A stretch of DNA of 64,000 bases from Candidatus Omnitrophota bacterium (GTDB lineage Bacteria; Omnitrophota; Gorgyraeia; Gygaellales; Profunditerraquicolaceae). Position 1 is the stretch's first letter. The stretch is taken from the NCBI GenBank assembly GCA_026387455.1, contig JAPLLR010000046.1, positions 4,921-68,920 of the forward strand, in the 5' to 3' direction. The text below holds more notes on this DNA, generated by a model, which was not told the DNA's origin, ran no database searches, and saw only the letters and a program-made list of their open reading frames with translations. The letters are not shown here.

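Noticed and set aside
59700-62950. CRISPR array, because of the regular direct repeats
   Set aside because: Period is 207 nt with no unique spacers. The repeats are in-frame coding units of a protein repeat, and no cas genes are present.

Overview
The supplied ORF track misses the main feature of this window. Frame +1 (codons starting at positions congruent to 1 mod 3) has no stop codon from an ATG at 8140 to the window end. This was read codon by codon from the sequence. It is corroborated by the track reporting no stop-bounded frame-1 ORF anywhere in 8140-64000. That makes a single 3'-open giant ORF of at least 55.86 kb (at least 18,620 codons). Stops at 8134 and 8137 sit immediately before the ATG.

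The giant ORF has an N-terminal signal-anchor and dozens of predicted transmembrane (TM) segments. It carries several internal repeat families and an unusual mosaic of recognisable catalytic or signalling motifs. In order, with approximate positions in kb:
- a C39-like papain-fold Cys/His (8.5-8.9 kb)
- a second Cys-His-Asp papain/transglutaminase-like core (13.9-14.1 kb)
- an M50/site-2-protease-like HELGH in a TM helix (30.1 kb)
- a Gly-rich tract
- a minimal nucleotidyltransferase GG...SDIDL motif (31.0 kb)
- an isoprenylcysteine carboxyl methyltransferase (ICMT)-like methyltransferase RYSRHPQ motif (32.3 kb)
- a soluble lytic transglycosylase (SLT) domain (35.0 kb)
- a transglutaminase-like Cys/His/Asp core (37.6 kb)
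- a GNAT-like fold (38.8-39.1 kb)
- a HAD DxDxT motif, FDIDDTL (40.07 kb)
- a degenerate histidine-kinase-like ATPase plus a CheY-type receiver domain (42.1-42.9 kb)
- a polytopic HExxH segment (43.0-45.4 kb)
- a roughly 7.8 kb K/E-rich coiled-coil
- an S/T-rich beta-strand-like region
- about 16 tandem 69-aa repeats (59.7-62.95 kb)

Two paralogous small ORFs (90 and 82 aa) lie entirely inside the giant ORF in a different frame (32808-33377). Each has a consensus AGGAGGTGTA Shine-Dalgarno (SD) sequence. The host frame stays open across them.

Upstream of the giant ORF, in window order, are:
- a 5'-truncated ORF whose C-terminus resembles a clan CD (caspase/legumain-like) cysteine peptidase
- a near-consensus sigma70 promoter
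- two tandem CpaF/TadA-family secretion ATPase genes
- a 751-bp IS200-like/REP-associated tyrosine transposase (RAYT)-like element with perfect 16-bp terminal inverted repeats (IRs) beginning GTAG (4320-5070)
- a convergent TPR-repeat exported protein
- a secreted Asn/Ser/Tyr-rich tandem-repeat protein flanked by four copies of an AATGTCCAaTCTGT motif
- a TTGACA-N16-(TGa)TATACT promoter with a structured roughly 250-nt leader ahead of the giant ORF

I saw no rRNA, tRNA or CRISPR array. The domain mosaic and gene size recall the giant genes reported from some uncultivated lineages such as Omnitrophota. That is inference; no assignment is possible from sequence alone.
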